The notes under the pieces were generated by a model. That model ran no database searches. It had not been told where the DNA came from and saw nothing but the letters and a program-made list of their open reading frames with translations. A stretch of 64,000 bases of DNA. Source: Podarcis gaigeae (Eukaryota). The DNA lies in the NCBI GenBank assembly GCA_964106915.2, contig OZ066916.1, one strand, 5' to 3'. Of the stretch, positions 25,443 to 38,785 are shown piece by piece. Position numbers and translations under genes: made by a program. Position 1 is the first letter of the stretch. Every line of letters begins with the position of its first letter.

Positions 25443-25549
25443 CTCAGGATCATGGGTTGGAGCCCCACATGGGGCAAAAGATTCCTGCATTGCAGGCAGC
25501 CGCATTAGATCACTCTCGTGGTCCCTTCCAACTCAACAATTCTATGAAA
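25443..25549 (+). mobile_element. 5'-truncated tRNA(Lys)-headed SINE with CR1-like tail
   Basis: ctcaggatcatgggttggagccccacatggggc resembles the 3' half of tRNA-Lys(CTT); followed by attcctgcattgca...gtcccttccaactc..caattctatga. Confidence 0.7.
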
Positions 25550-25880
25550 TCTTCACCCAGCTATAAAGCTAATCTGGGTGACTTCAGGCCAGTCACTGTC
25601 GCTGAGTCTAACCCTACCTCGCAGGGCGGTTGTGAGGATGAAACGGGGAGGGGGAGAACCACGTAAGCCGCCTTGAGCTCTTTGGATGTTAGGCGTGGGA
25701 TATAAATGTCCTCATCAGAGTCATCATCAGAGTACTTGCCTGGACTTGGGCCTGAGGTCGAGCTGCGTCCCTGGTCACTGGAGATGCCCCCGTTATCCTG
25801 GCTGTGATGCCCATCACGGACTTAACCATGCCAGAGGGCTGACCTTCTTTTCTTTCTCTTTCTCTCGCCTTCGCCCTCAG

Positions 25881-26026
25881 GTCGGATTTTAGACATCCCG
25901 TGCAAAGTGTGTGGGGACCGCAGCTCCGGCAAGCACTACGGCGTCTATGCCTGCGACGGCTGCTCCGGGTTTTTCAAGCGAAGCATCCGAAGGAACCGCA
26001 CTTACGTCTGCAAATCTGGGAACCAG
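25881..26026 (+). CDS. NR2E1: NR2E1 exon 2 (zinc finger 1, P-box CDGCSG)
   Basis: [48 protein letters not shown]; AG/GT boundaries; 146 nt. Confidence 0.98.
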
Positions 26027-27580
26027 GTATTCACCCCCAGCCTCCTTCCGCCCACTTGCCCTCCGTTCGGGGCCAAAGCCATTCCTCGCTTTTCTGGGCG
26101 GGCGCAACCAGGGAGGAGCTCGCGATCTCCACCCCCCCGTCTAGTGGGGCGGGAGGTCGAGGGGGCGGAGTGAAGCCGGCTTCGGAGACCGAGGAGTCTG
26201 GAGTGGCTGGAAGAGGAACAGCGAAGGCACAATCACGTGGAGGTGACTTAAGCAGAAGAGGGTCGGGAGGTTGACTGCGGAAAGAAGGAGCTTTTTGTAA
26301 GCCGCCTGGAGTTTCTGTCAGGGGAAAAGGCGGCTTCCAAATATTAGACCACTTCAGAATTCAGGCACAGGTCGGAACGCTCCCCAATAGAAAAAGAAAA
26401 AAACTCCCTGCAAATAGAAATCTAGTATAGCAGGCTGGACTGGAACATTTCTCCTCGTTTTCTACTTGCAGGAAATTTTGCTTTTTTTCAGAGGGGCTTT
26501 TCAAAGCAGGGCATCCAGCCTGCAGCATATTCGACCAGCTTTAGGACCCCGTTTCCACCATCTAGTTCTGCTGCAACTGCAGACCAGGCCAGAGAGAGAG
26601 ACTTTGCTCTCCCGGAACGTTGCGCTGGGTGTTTTCCATCGCTGCTGCCGAGTCCCTTGTTCCTGGGGGGTGTGCATGGAAGATTCCTGGTAAACCATGG
26701 GATTTCCAACCACCAAGTTTAGGGTGGGGCTGCCAAACTCAGTTGGAACCAAATTTAATTAAAACTCCCTTTGCAAGAAACCAAAGAGGTTTTTTTGAGC
26801 ATTTAACTGGCATAGTTGCAACTTTGGTGGTGGGTTTTTTTTGGGGGGTGTTTTAAAAAGAAAATCTCAAAAACATCCATATTTTGATCTCTCTTTCTCT
26901 CTCCACCCCCGCCTTTCCCCCCTCCACAAAAGTTAAACAGCCCTCGAACAAAGGAGAAGGATTCTTACAAAATGAATGGAAGGATTAGAAGGGAGCTCGG
27001 GGGCTCGAGAACAATCCAAAACTCATTGTAAAACAAGCTACTTTAAATACTGAGCATTTCTTCATTGCCTCCACTCACAGCCCAGTGATCATTTCAGCCT
27101 CTAACAGCCATACTCACATGCCCATTATCCCCTGAGAAAACGGAGCAGAACCAGTGATTGATTCCAAAGTAACCGATTACCGCTGTTGGACAGCAGTATG
27201 TGTACCAGGAAAGGAGCCCTGCTGGAAACCAAAGGGGACTTGCTTCTGAGTAGACATGCAGGGGATCCGGGTGCAGATCTTTTACAAAACAACTCTTTTC
27301 CTCTGCATGCTTTGGCCACGGGGTGCGGGGAGAAGCCCTCAAAACAGAGTCAGATTTGCTTCCGAGTAGAAAGGTGCTTAAGATTGGGCTGCAAGCCACC
27401 ACCCTCTGGCAGTTCACTCTCGCTCATACCCTGGCAGGCGACTCTCCCCTGCCTTTAACCGAGGTGTGGCAAATGGAGGTTTAAATGGGTGCAGCTCGCT
27501 TCGAATTGTGGCGCAGCGGTTGCATGTATAGATGAACTCTGGCCAAAATCCATCGGACCTTGCTTGGCCAGAGGATGGGA

Positions 27581-27755
27581 GGGAGCGTAGCTCAGCGGCA
27601 GAGCGTCTTCCTCGCCCATAGAAAATCCCAGGCGCAATTCCTGGTGTCTTCAGGAAGGTCCTGCCTGAAACAGGAAAGCAGCTGCCAGGCACTCTGGACA
27701 AAGCTAGACGAACCTGTGGTCTGGCACAGTCTAATGCAACTGCCTCTGTTCCTAT
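27581..27755 (+). mobile_element. Older tRNA-derived SINE; related minus-strand copy at about 62095-62265
   Basis: A-box-like gtagctcagcggcagagc, degenerate B-box, tail ending ctgcctctgttcctat. Confidence 0.55.
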
Positions 27756-27825
27756 GGCTGTTCTCTTGGGTTGCAATAGGAGGAAGCCTTGTTTTGAGCC
27801 AAGTAATGCAGGGATTCCAGTATAG

Positions 27826-27952
27826 CAGGGATGGGGATGCTCAGCTGGGGCGCTCCAGATGTTGTTCAGCCTCAGCCTGTATAGCCATTACTCGAGGATG
27901 GTGGGCATTATGGTCCAGGAACATCTGGGTGGCCACAGGTTCCCCATCCCTG
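27826..27952. mobile_element. Degenerate palindromic hAT MITE; similar copies near 13145-13245, 29970-30096, 30200-30327, 42740-42860, 51153-51290, 60137-60250
   Basis: TIRs cagggatgggga...tccccatccctg and the family ccagatgtt/aacatctgg arms. Confidence 0.65.
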
Positions 27953-29137
27953 AAACAGAGTGCAGTAGGGGAAGTGATGCTTTGGAGGGCATTTAATAAA
28001 GGAAAACAGTTTCTTTTGGTGATCGTTAAAGAGAACATCATCGTATCCAACTGCCTTGCTCAAATAAGCTGAGGGATGCACGAAAGTGGGTTCAGCTTTG
28101 ATGGCTTGGATTAATGTTCCCAGGCTAATACATCTGATATTACAGTGAAATAATACAGCGGGCAGCTTAGCCTTTCTGGTCCTTTGCTCGATTTTGAAAG
28201 GGAATGGGGGACTGAGAAATCAGAGGGCACAATCTAGCGAAAGTGAAGCGTCATTGATTTCAGTAGGGGAGTCTGAGTAAAGCTTACTGAGGAGTAAGTC
28301 CCACTGAGGACCCTTGGCCTTTCTCCTAACTAAGTAGGTATAATGATTGCAGCTTCCATCTAACCTACTTAAAGGTGACTTAGCGGCCCTTAGCTTTGGT
28401 TGGATCCTGCCCCAAGTTCATGCCAGCTCCCTCCGAGCCTGAACCCTCAGATTTCAAACACCCACCCACAGCTCAGCAGGTGATATATTCTGCACACCAA
28501 ATCATAGCGTCCACGCAATCCTATAGGACTGCACCCTCAGTCTGTAAAGCCTATTTAGTAGTCAGGTTCAGTTGAGATCTGGACGCCTAGGGCTCAACTG
28601 AAACCAAATCTCTAGGGAAATTTCTCGAAAGAAAGAGGTCCGGGATTTTTATTTTGTTTTTCTGGCAGCCACGTTGTTTGACACAGAAGTCCTGCTCTTT
28701 ACCTTTGGCGGTTAGGTGGAAATCAGTGGGACCATTTATTTATGACTCTGCGGGAAAAGCAAGGGGCAAGAAACCGAGGAATACGCGAGAGGAAGAAGAT
28801 ACTTTCTAGGGCGGCAGGTGGGTAGCTGGAGGATCGTGATCAGTCAAAGGCTCCAAGTGCCAGGGAGCTGTCCCGGGTGCTGAAGTCCATATAGAGATTT
28901 TAGAACGCCCCTTTAATGCTTACTCTTCCCCAGGGAATTTTCATAGAGCCCTGGGAGGGCATCATTCTTATTTTTCTGGCAATCATCCAGCACAGGTTCA
29001 AAAAGAAGTGAGAGTGGCAGAAGGGAGAAAGGGTCTACACATCTTAGTAGGATCCCCAGACACCTTCCTGTTTCAGAATTTCCTTACTGAGACTCACGTT
29101 TTGTCCCCCTTTTCAGAAATATGTCTCTGTTTTTTAG

Positions 29138-29225
29138 GGAGGCTGCCCAGTGGACAAGACGCATAGGAATCAATGCAGGGCATGTCGGCTGAAGAAATGC
29201 TTGGAAGTCAACATGAACAAAGACG
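29138..29225 (+). CDS. NR2E1: NR2E1 exon 3 (zinc finger 2)
   Basis: [29 protein letters not shown]; 88 nt; frame consistent. Confidence 0.98.
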
Positions 29226-31227
29226 GTACTTGTGCATCCTTCCTCCACCCCTCAGAAAAAAAACCAGAGAGAAATGGATAGCAAACATATCATGGGCTTG
29301 TGAAAACTATTGTCCAGAGAATGGATCTGTCCTTAGGGTTCCTATCAATATTGGCAGTCTCCCAAAATTCTCTTCCTGTGACCCGTCCTAAGTAACTATC
29401 TTTCCACTTTACAAAGCTAAACCTCTTAATCTGCCTATATTTTTGGCTTGCAAGTAACTGTCCACAATCAGACCCTTTGAAATACAACTACTGACGAGGA
29501 AAAGGATTGCTATCCTAAATGACACTTTTAAAGGCTGCAATAGTATGCAATCTTGCCTGGGAGTGAGAATCACTGAACTCAGTGAGACTTATTTCCAAGC
29601 AGACATGCATGGAAAGATTGCATACAAATAAAAAATGAAGAGCTCCCAGGTATGTCAGTAGGACAGTATATCAGGAAATGGACCCAAGAACCTCAAACAA
29701 ACAAAAGCTGTTAAATATCTACACTGACAGGGTCCCAGAATTCTGAACAGTCATCCTTCCAGCAGGGCACAATTTCAACTTATCCTGGCTGATAAAGCAA
29801 ATCCAGCTGCCCCATCAAGCAAGCGATTGCTACTCACAGGGTATGCGTGTGCAAGTGCAGGTTTGCCTTGGACGCTTCTACCTGCAGTCCAAAGATCTGC
29901 CTTTTCCATGCGCATATTGGTTATAGATGCCGCTGCACATAGGAAAGCCAACAAGCCAACATCTTAATCAGTGATAGGGAGCCTTTGGATCTCCAGATGT
30001 TATTGGACTAGAAATCCTATCAGCCCTGACAGCTGGCCGTTCTACTGGGAGCTGAAGCCCAAAGATATTTGGAAGGTCCCGGGTTTCCCATCCCTGATGA
30101 AAGTGTAGATTGGCAAGGACAATATGCACCTGTGCATCTAGAGGAGCATCAGCTAACTGATATTACATTATTGCTGCATTAGTGTTGATCAGGTTTGGGT
30201 TACCTTTGGCCTTCTAGATGTTGCTGAATTACAGCTCCCATCATCCCTGGCCATTGGCCATGCTTCCTGGGGCTGATGCAAGTTGCAGTTCAGCAAGCTG
30301 TGGACGGCCAAATGTTCTCCACTGCTGGTAGATGAAAGTACATATCTTCATTTCCCTGAAGTTGTCCTGGTAATCAAACACTTCTTTTCTCCACGCTCTA
30401 AAATGGGGCTAGGATGCTTTACTTTTCCCTGTGTCAGGCAATTAATTTGAATCAGAGCTACAAAAATAAGAGATTCTCTGCTGCTCATATCAAAGTTACA
30501 ATAATCAATATATATTTGAATACCGACTACCTGAAAAGAAAAGCTGTCAATTTTCTTTGGTGATATTCCTGTTGTGGTTGTGGTTGTCTATATTGGAATT
30601 ATGTTCATTTCCCTTTGAAGACTAGTGAGACTGCTTAATTTGTCAGTTATTCAGTTTTGTAAGCAGCAAGTGTTTGTCTCTTTATGCTTTTTATGTTTCA
30701 TGTGGTCACTGAATATTTGAATTCTCCCTTAGTCATAATTTAAAATTGTTCAATATCACTGGGGATTTGACGCTGAATATTTGATCAGTTAGTTCACATT
30801 ACTACATGAAATTCAGCTCCTACCCTAAAACAAACTCTTTATTCCTCCCCCCCCCCTCATTCCACATCTTTAATTCTGTAAAGATCCCTTGTCTAACACA
30901 TTCTTTCTTTCCCTCAACATAGAATTGCTGTATGAGTTTCCTTCCTAGCCAAATTAATGTTTCACTTTTCTCACAGAAGTTATATCTTGTATTCAATTGC
31001 TCTTCACTCTCAAGAATTAGAACATATATGAGCATGTCATGACATCACAGCAAGTAAACAAATAGTGAAGTGGTGCTTGCATATAGCAAACCACCACCAG
31101 AGTTTAGCGTCTTTATTAGAGATGTATCACACAGCAAGTTAATCCCATTAGAAGTTTTCAGTGGGCTTCAAAAAAATTTTTTCCTTCAAATTCCAAGTAG
31201 CATGCTAATGCAGGTTTTTATTCTCAG

Positions 31228-31463
31228 CTGTTCAACATGAAAGGGGACCAAGAACTTCCACAATAAGGAAACAAGTCGCTCTGTATTTCAGAGGACACAA
31301 GGAGGATAATGGAGCCACACCACATTTCCCCTCTGCAGCTCTACCTGCCCCAGCTTTCTTCACTGCTGTTACTCAGCTGGAACCTCACAATCTAGAACTG
31401 GCTGCAGTTTCTACAACATCTGAAAGGCAGACCTTGGTGGGTCTGGCTCAACCAACTCCAAAG
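31228..31463 (+). CDS. NR2E1: NR2E1 exon 4 (T/A box and hinge)
   Basis: AVQHERGPRTSTIRKQVALYFRGHKEDNG...LAQPTPK; 236 nt. Confidence 0.97.
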
Positions 31464-33889
31464 GTCAGCTCCTTCTCCTTCTTGATTCAGGGGAAATGCA
31501 TCATTATCCTGAGAGACTTTAGAAAAAGAAACCAGACCTTGTGATATTGGTATGGAATGAGGCCTCCTCAATCTGATTCCTCTTCATTTGGCTTGTGTAG
31601 CAATTACTTCCTGGTAAATTAATGATGCTATATTTGTGAAAGCAAGACTTTTGCACAATGCGTTGGAGTAAAAATGAAGGAAGTCTCAGTGGTGTTTACT
31701 TCTTCGGAAGCCTCTTCAGGATTGCAGCCTAAATCAATAGTAAATTATTTACCGTATGTCTTAAAATATTATGCATATTGCAGAGTTAGATGATTGACAT
31801 GTCTGGTGTACAATGCGGGAGTAAATTGGTCAAGCCATATGAACCATACTGCATATTGGTTCCTTTTCAATGCGAGCAGTTATCCTGGTAGGTGTTCCAA
31901 ATTGCCAGATAGTTCCAAAGTCACCAGAATGCCTTTAGGATGGAGCACAGATGTGTGGTCTTCATTCTTACTACTTATTCATTGACTGTATTTAATTAAA
32001 GTGTTTATATGCCATCCTCTCACAAAAGATCAGAGTGGTGTACAGCAATGTAAAAACCTTTAAAAGCAATATGAACCCATCATTAAAATTGTTAAACCAT
32101 ACGATTGTCATGCTCAGTTTCCACCCATTAATGTATGGAGGAATTGTTTCACATGATGGCACTGCTGCAAACTTGTTGCCAAGGGCTCCAGCCCAGGCAT
32201 AGGGCGTGGAATTCAAGGTACCACTATTACAAACGTTCCAACTGTGCAGGCATATCAGCTTGAAGGATAGAATCCTACCACTACCCCCCTGTGTGCTATT
32301 CTGGGGGTTTTCCTGACCCCAAGGGAACCAATTTCCTGGGGCACTTGGAGGAGGAGAGGGGGAAAGTTCCACCTTCTTGCCAAGTTAAATCAACATCCCT
32401 CACAAACTGAGTCAGGACTGAGAACCAAGATAGATGAGATGCCAATTAGGTGGTTTTTTTTGGGGGGGGGACATAAAAGGGGGGGCAATCTGTAATGGGA
32501 CCAAGGGCAAGGGCTAGGGGGGCTTAAATCTTTTGCCTCTTGCTGTGGTCCCAATCTGAATCAGCCCCCAACACTATTGGCTGGGATTTAAAAAAATTAT
32601 TTGCTGCCTGCCATGTGAGCATTTCAAGGTGCTACGTATCACAAAACATTTCAAGATGCTGTATATCATAACGTATACAATTGCATTTAGAATCAAGTTC
32701 AATCAAGCTGTCAGTGGAATGCTTAAAATGCATCAGATAGCAAAGGCCGTGGTGAACAAAAACCTTTTACCTTGCAGTAAAAATGTTTCAGTCAGTGAGT
32801 GCCTTATTTCTGAGGGAGACATTTATTCTCTTGCATTTATATTCTACCTCTCTTCTTGTCATGGAATGCAAGCGGTTGTCAGGTGCTCCTCAATCCAGGC
32901 ACCCATGAGACCCAGATCTGCTCAGCTTCACCAAGATGGTGGCCCCGTGTGCCTTCATGGGAAGCATTATAAGACATCCGGCAAACCTGAATTACCTTGC
33001 TTTGAGAAACGGAGTTTTACAAATACCTCAGGATGTCCCAGTTTTATTCTGACCAGTTTTAAACTGTTACAGTATTGACAGTGGAATCCAAATATTGGAA
33101 GTACTCACATAATACTTATTGCTGAAGTGATGGTTACGGACATTTCCCTCAACCACAGTAATGTTTCCCCCCTGTAATCCATAACTGCCCATTTTCGCCC
33201 AAATTCACCTCTGAGGTCTGGACTACATATGCAGCAGAATAAGAGAAGGGGTGCATTTTTGAATGCTTCACCACATAAGAAAAATAAATCCCCTTGCAAG
33301 AGGAAAATGAGCACATCAGGGACAGAAAACCCAGCATGGTCCTTCCTCTGACTGTGCTAGTTTTTTACTTACAGGGAGAATGTTATGTCAGGAAGCATTT
33401 TAAAACACCCTTCACCTATAGTCTGGAATGGTAAAGTATATTCTACTAAAACTTCATTCTGTTGCACGTGTAGATTTAGTCTGAGCATCAACCTTCCTAA
33501 ATACAGGATCCACTTACTATGCATGAAGTGGGAAAGGCAGGATGTGGTGCCATTTTAGCACATATTCAGTTCTTCAGTTTGACTTTTAATTGTGTATTGC
33601 CTTGATACTTGTCCAAACCAAACAAAATATTTACCACTCACCCTACCAAAATTGAGTATCTATGTAAATCAGCTTGGGGGGGGGGCATATCTTAAGGTAG
33701 TTGGTTAAGCCAGTGGTTCCTAAAATCTCCCCCTACCATTTTTCTTCTTTCTTTTGTTTTGCTGATACCCTCCTTTGTAAGACCCAGATTCAATAATCAA
33801 GTACTTAATTAAATAAGCAGCTCTTTGTCAAACATAAGCTCCTGCCTATTACCTTCTGAAATATTTTTCATGCAACCTTTTAATTTTAG

Positions 33890-34036
33890 TACCCACACGA
33901 AGTCAGTGGCACTCCCATGTATCTCTACGAAGTGGCTACTGAATCTGTTTGTGAGTCTGCGGCAAGGCTTCTCTTCATGAGCATCAAATGGGCTAAAAGT
34001 GTCCCTGCTTTTTCTACTCTATCATTACAAGATCAG
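33890..34036 (+). CDS. NR2E1: NR2E1 exon 5 (start of LBD)
   Basis: YPHEVSGTPMYLYEVATESVCESAARLLFMSIKWAKSVPAFSTLSLQDQ; 147 nt. Confidence 0.97.
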
Positions 34037-34231
34037 GTAAGATTTATATGGAATTGGGGGGGGGGGAGGAAATGACAACATTTCTGTTAAGATGATTGCT
34101 CAGGATTGATTTAGACCATGTAATTATCAGTGCTGTTGTTAGCCAAGTGATGGATTAAAACATATACTTCATCCAGTATAATTTAAAAGGTTCCTTTTCA
34201 GTTGCCTTCTGGTCTTGGCTTACTTAATTAT

Positions 34232-34445
34232 ATAAGATGAGCCTAGTGGATCAGGCCAGCAGTCCATCTAGTCCACCATCCTGTTCTCACAGTGGCCAAC
34301 TGGATGCCTGTGAGACACTGGCAAGCAGAACCTAAGCAGAATAGCACCATCCGCTGCTGCTGCTGCGGTCTCCAGCAACCAGTATTCAGAAGCATAATGC
34401 CTCTGACAGTGGAGGCCGAGCAAAACCATTGTGGTTAGTAGCTTC
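34232..34445 (-). mobile_element. CR1 3' UTR fragment
   Basis: Reverse complement resembles 1390-1600 (ggatcaggcc...catcctgttctcacagtggccaac). Confidence 0.7.
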
Positions 34446-34811
34446 ACCTTCATGAACCTGCAGCTGATTGCAGAGCAAAACCCCTTCTGCAGAGCACCTG
34501 CTCTTTCTTTGTAGCACACCATGTACTGCTGTGAGTTGCTTGGTTGGAGTTTGTGGTTAATATTCCTGGCTTTTAGTAGGGAATTAGTCTGGCTTTATTT
34601 GTAAAGGGTTAGGCGGGTACAACATTCAGAACAATGGGGGGTGGAATAGTCAAGGTCATAGCATAACTGAAAACAAAGGCAATCATTATCACGAAAGGTT
34701 ACCAAACACAGTTATAAGTCCCTGCCAATGCCACTTGCCTATTCTCTACAGTTTTATGTGGGGGGCAAGTCTTGGCAAGCCTCCATGGAAGGTGAAAGAG
34801 AAAGCCTCGCT

Positions 34812-35030
34812 TAGGGTTGCCAGATGTCTGGAACTTCCCGGACATATACAGAATCAGCAGCAGTGTCCAGGCGAAAATTGGTAAAATGTGCAGGAAAATC
34901 TGGACGTACAGCAGCCCATGTTGGCAGCTCAAAAATGGCATTTTATTTTATTTTTTGCAGTTTTGCCAAAACTAAAAAAAAAGTTCAACAACTTTTCTGT
35001 CCAGATATTCGCTGAAATATGGCAACCCTA
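34812..35030. mobile_element. hAT MITE with tagggttgcca TIRs; related elements at about 37168-37341 and 37370-37466
   Basis: tagggttgcca...tggcaacccta; 8-bp TSD gcctcgct / gtcttgct. Confidence 0.8.
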
Positions 35031-38000
35031 GTCTTGCTTCATGTCTTAGTTCAGGGGTGTTCATTTTAAAATCTTCAACAAGGCCATAAGAGTTAATCAA
35101 ACTGATTGGGTAATGCTGGCAGATTATTGATGTTAGCACATTCCATCGCCACCCCAAAACCAACTTGGTTGGCAGAAACTCCCACATGATCCCTTGCAGG
35201 AAGGTGTGGGGCCTCCAGCAGACTGCCAACTCAATGGGGATTGCATGAAGGTGTCATTGTTTTTTATTTTTTTGAGATGATTCCTCCAGGTGGGGGTATG
35301 CAGGACTGCTGAGAATTGCATACAAAAGGTGGCTCCAGAAAGAGCATCTGGAAATGCAGAAACCATGTTAGCAACATATATGCCTCCACATGGAGCTAAT
35401 GTTTAATACAACTGGCTTCTCCAAGTGATCTGTTGGAGCAAGAGTTCAGTGGTGCCCTGTGCACTCAAGGCAGACTATATGTGTTGGAGCCCCTAAGCAT
35501 CAGAACTGTGGTGGTGTTACACTCATGCACTGTTGAAATCAGTGGAACTCGAGTTAGTCATGTGCCTCCCTTCTCCCACTGATGTCAACAGAACTTAGGC
35601 AAAACTACTTGCATCATTGATTCAGATTGGTATAGGAGTGGACTGTGTTTCTCAAAACCAGTGGTTCTCAATTGGTGGTCCAAGGACCCAAGGGGGACCA
35701 TGTAACCCACCCATGGCACCATTCACATAACAAAAACTACCAGAGATTTCAAAAGTAGGGGGTCCATGGCTTGGCTTTTGAAAAACAGGGGGTCCACAGC
35801 ACTTAGCTAATTTATATTTTTTTGATAGTTATATTCCCCCTCCCTCACCTCCCAAAAACCTGACTTGTTTTAAACTATGTCAACTTAAATTGGATGTGAG
35901 CAATAAGAGCATTAGCAATCCTAACCATGCCTACTCCCGTTGAATTAAAATGGTGCTTACCTTAAAGCAAGCAATCATCTCTCTGCTTCTTCCTGTCTTA
36001 TGGAAAAGACTACGTATTCCCCTAATTAAATTAGTTGCAACACCCCATCCTCCACATTCTTCCTTCCAGTGCAAATGCCCTGCCACCAGCATGGGTGACT
36101 TCTAATTAAGGCAAGGCTTCGTTTGCTCTACCACAGAACTTTCTCCAAAGCACATACTAACTGAGGAACTGAGACCAAGAAAAGTAAAGGGGGAAGAAAC
36201 TTTCTCAGAAATGAGAGTCCCATCAATATACAAGGAATGGCTTAGTGCAGATTAAAGTGATCACTGAACAGATCTCTGTAAAATAGGCCTATTATCCATG
36301 TCAGGAATCAGATTATCCTGTCATTTTAAATGAACTGGCTGCATATCTAACATTCAAAATTAAAGGCAAGTTGCATGAATTGTTACATGAAATTAATCCC
36401 TTTTAAAGCCCAAGGATTTCATTAACTGCACCATTATCCTCTCTGGGCTTTATAGACCAGACTGTGAGTTGCAAAGTTTCGGCTTACCCAAAATTCTCAA
36501 CTGTGGATTTTTGTTTAGACATTTTTCTTCTGCTGTCCTCCCACTTACATCAAATGCAAGTCATAGTTCCAATAATCACAGTCAGTAATGAAGGAGACAG
36601 AAAACAAAGAAGGTGTTCTTTATACTTAAATTATTCTGTTGTTTTTAACTTAGTCATTTGCACCTTAACTTGAGAACAGCAAAGACTTTACCTGCCTACT
36701 GCACACCTCCTATTATTGTAGATGCTGCACTCAGCTATGGGGGAAGATGTTGTGGCATCTTCAGTGCCAAAGTAAGATTCAGCTGCCTGTCCAATTGGAT
36801 TCTGTATGTGGAACAGGAATGCAGTGTCTGTCTTCTCCTTTGCTCCAGACGGCAAAATATTTTGGGCAGGCAGAGTGACTGGTCCTCAAAACACTGGAGA
36901 TTGACTTTGTCAATATGGGAAGGTTGTCAAATGTTGAGTCCCAAGGGGCTATCAGGAATCTCAAAGTCAGATATGAAGGTCACCTCTAGGTAATTTTGCC
37001 TCCCCAAGGCTGGGAAACTTGTGTTTTGGCCTTCTCCTGACCAGTGGAGAATGGGGTGGGGCTTCATACACAGCTGAGCAGCTTTGTAGCAGGTTAGCCA
37101 ACATTACCACCACCTGGTGGCTGAATACCATCATTATCCATAGAAGTGGATGTCAGTGAAACCATAGTAGGGTTGCCATATTTCAGAAAGTGAAAATGTG
37201 GACACAAAAGTAAAGTTACCAGATTATTTTCAATGAATCTGGGGACATTTTTCAACTTCCTACTAAACAGATGGATTTGGTCAGGGGACTGATTTCTAAA
37301 TCTGGGGACTGTCCCCGGGAAACGGGGACATCTGGTAACCTTACACAAAAGTTGTTGTGTGCCGGCATGGGCTGCCATAGGTCTGGATTTTCCAGGAAAT
37401 TTCAGCGATTTCCTGACCGGATGCTGCTTAAGGGTGGCTTATGTCCAGGAAATTCCAGACAGCCCTATTGTACAGCAGTGAGAACAGCACCAAGGGATGC
37501 AGGAGGCCCAGTTAATTACAATGTCTTCTGGTCCCTTTTGTCCAGTATTTGACAAGCTTTGTGTGGATCTATACTGACAAAAGACTTGCATAACACCAGC
37601 ACAACCTGTGCAGTCCATGCAACTGCTTTAGCCCAATGGGCCAGGCCTGTCCTGGAGAGAAGAGAAGGTACCTGGAACCACATGCGGCTACCTAAAGAAA
37701 CCCAAGGAGAAATGATTATCTGCAAGTGCTATACAAATTATAATAAAACTTGTATGGTAGTCATATGCTTCCCTAACCAGATCAATTTATTACATTACAT
37801 TGCAACTTATTTGGGACAAATGTTGGTAAGAAGGTTGCAAAAACAAAGAGGATGCTTGGTTGTGGAAGTCAAATTCAGTCTGGAAAATAGGTGCCCCCCC
37901 CCCCCCCAATATTTTCAGTGGTGGGAGAAGGAAAATAGCCTGGATGGGCAATGTTCATTTTATATAAAGAGTGGCGCTTTTGTGCAACTCTCACATGTGG

Positions 38001-38292
38001 AGTGCAAGAAGAGTTTCATGTATTTTTGGTTTTATGCAGTACCTTACAGCTGAAGCCATACCTTTCAAGCAGCACCCCAGCATTAAACAGGTGGTGTTTT
38101 ATAATATCCATGGATGCTCTTAATCAAGATGAGAAAGCGAGAACTAAAATGTCCCCGGCAGGAGTGGAGATGGGAGAAAACAGTGCAGGCATTTTAAAGC
38201 CATTTCTAAAACAACAGAAATTTACATAGTGAAATTGTTTATCAATCTATAAATTATACACCATGTTATATCGTACCTCTATTGTATGACAG

Positions 38293-38389
38293 CTGATGCT
38301 TTTGGAAGATGCTTGGAGGGAACTGTTTGTTCTAGGAATAGCACAATGGGCCATTCCAGTTGATGCTAGCACTCTACTGGCTGTATCTG
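38293..38389 (+). CDS. NR2E1: NR2E1 exon 6
   Basis: LMLLEDAWRELFVLGIAQWAIPVDASTLLAVS; 97 nt. Confidence 0.97.
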
Positions 38390-38785
38390 GTAAGAACTGC
38401 ACAATTTAATGACTTTGTTATAGAAATTACCATAAAAATACATTACTGAAAAAAAGGACAACATGTAAAGAATAACAAATCCCTTCCGAACAATAGAGTA
38501 TACCTGTCATTTATAAATCTATATTTAAATGCAAATAATGTTGTTTTGTTGCATTCACGACTGCTTGCATTGTCATTTAAATGCAAATTACTGTGTTTGT
38601 TATCATCCAACAGAAGATTTCATACTAACTTTCCTACATTATAGTTAGTTTTGTGTTGAAGCGGATCTCAATGTAACAATGGAATAGCTATTGATACATG
38701 TGATTTTTATTTTTTGCAGAAATCAATCCATAAAATACATTCAGATGACCTATTAGTGTATTTATTTCACATGTTTGTGTTCCAG

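Larger units (their letters stand above)
25245..25708 (+). mobile_element. MIR/Squam3-like SINE carrying two nested insertions
   Basis: Head gagagccagtgcggtgaggtggttagag, resumes at 25418-25440, then 25550-25708 ending gggatataaatg. Confidence 0.7.

Noticed and set aside
25907-26173. 88-aa ORF as a standalone zinc-finger gene
   Set aside because: It is NR2E1 exon 2 reading through into intron 2
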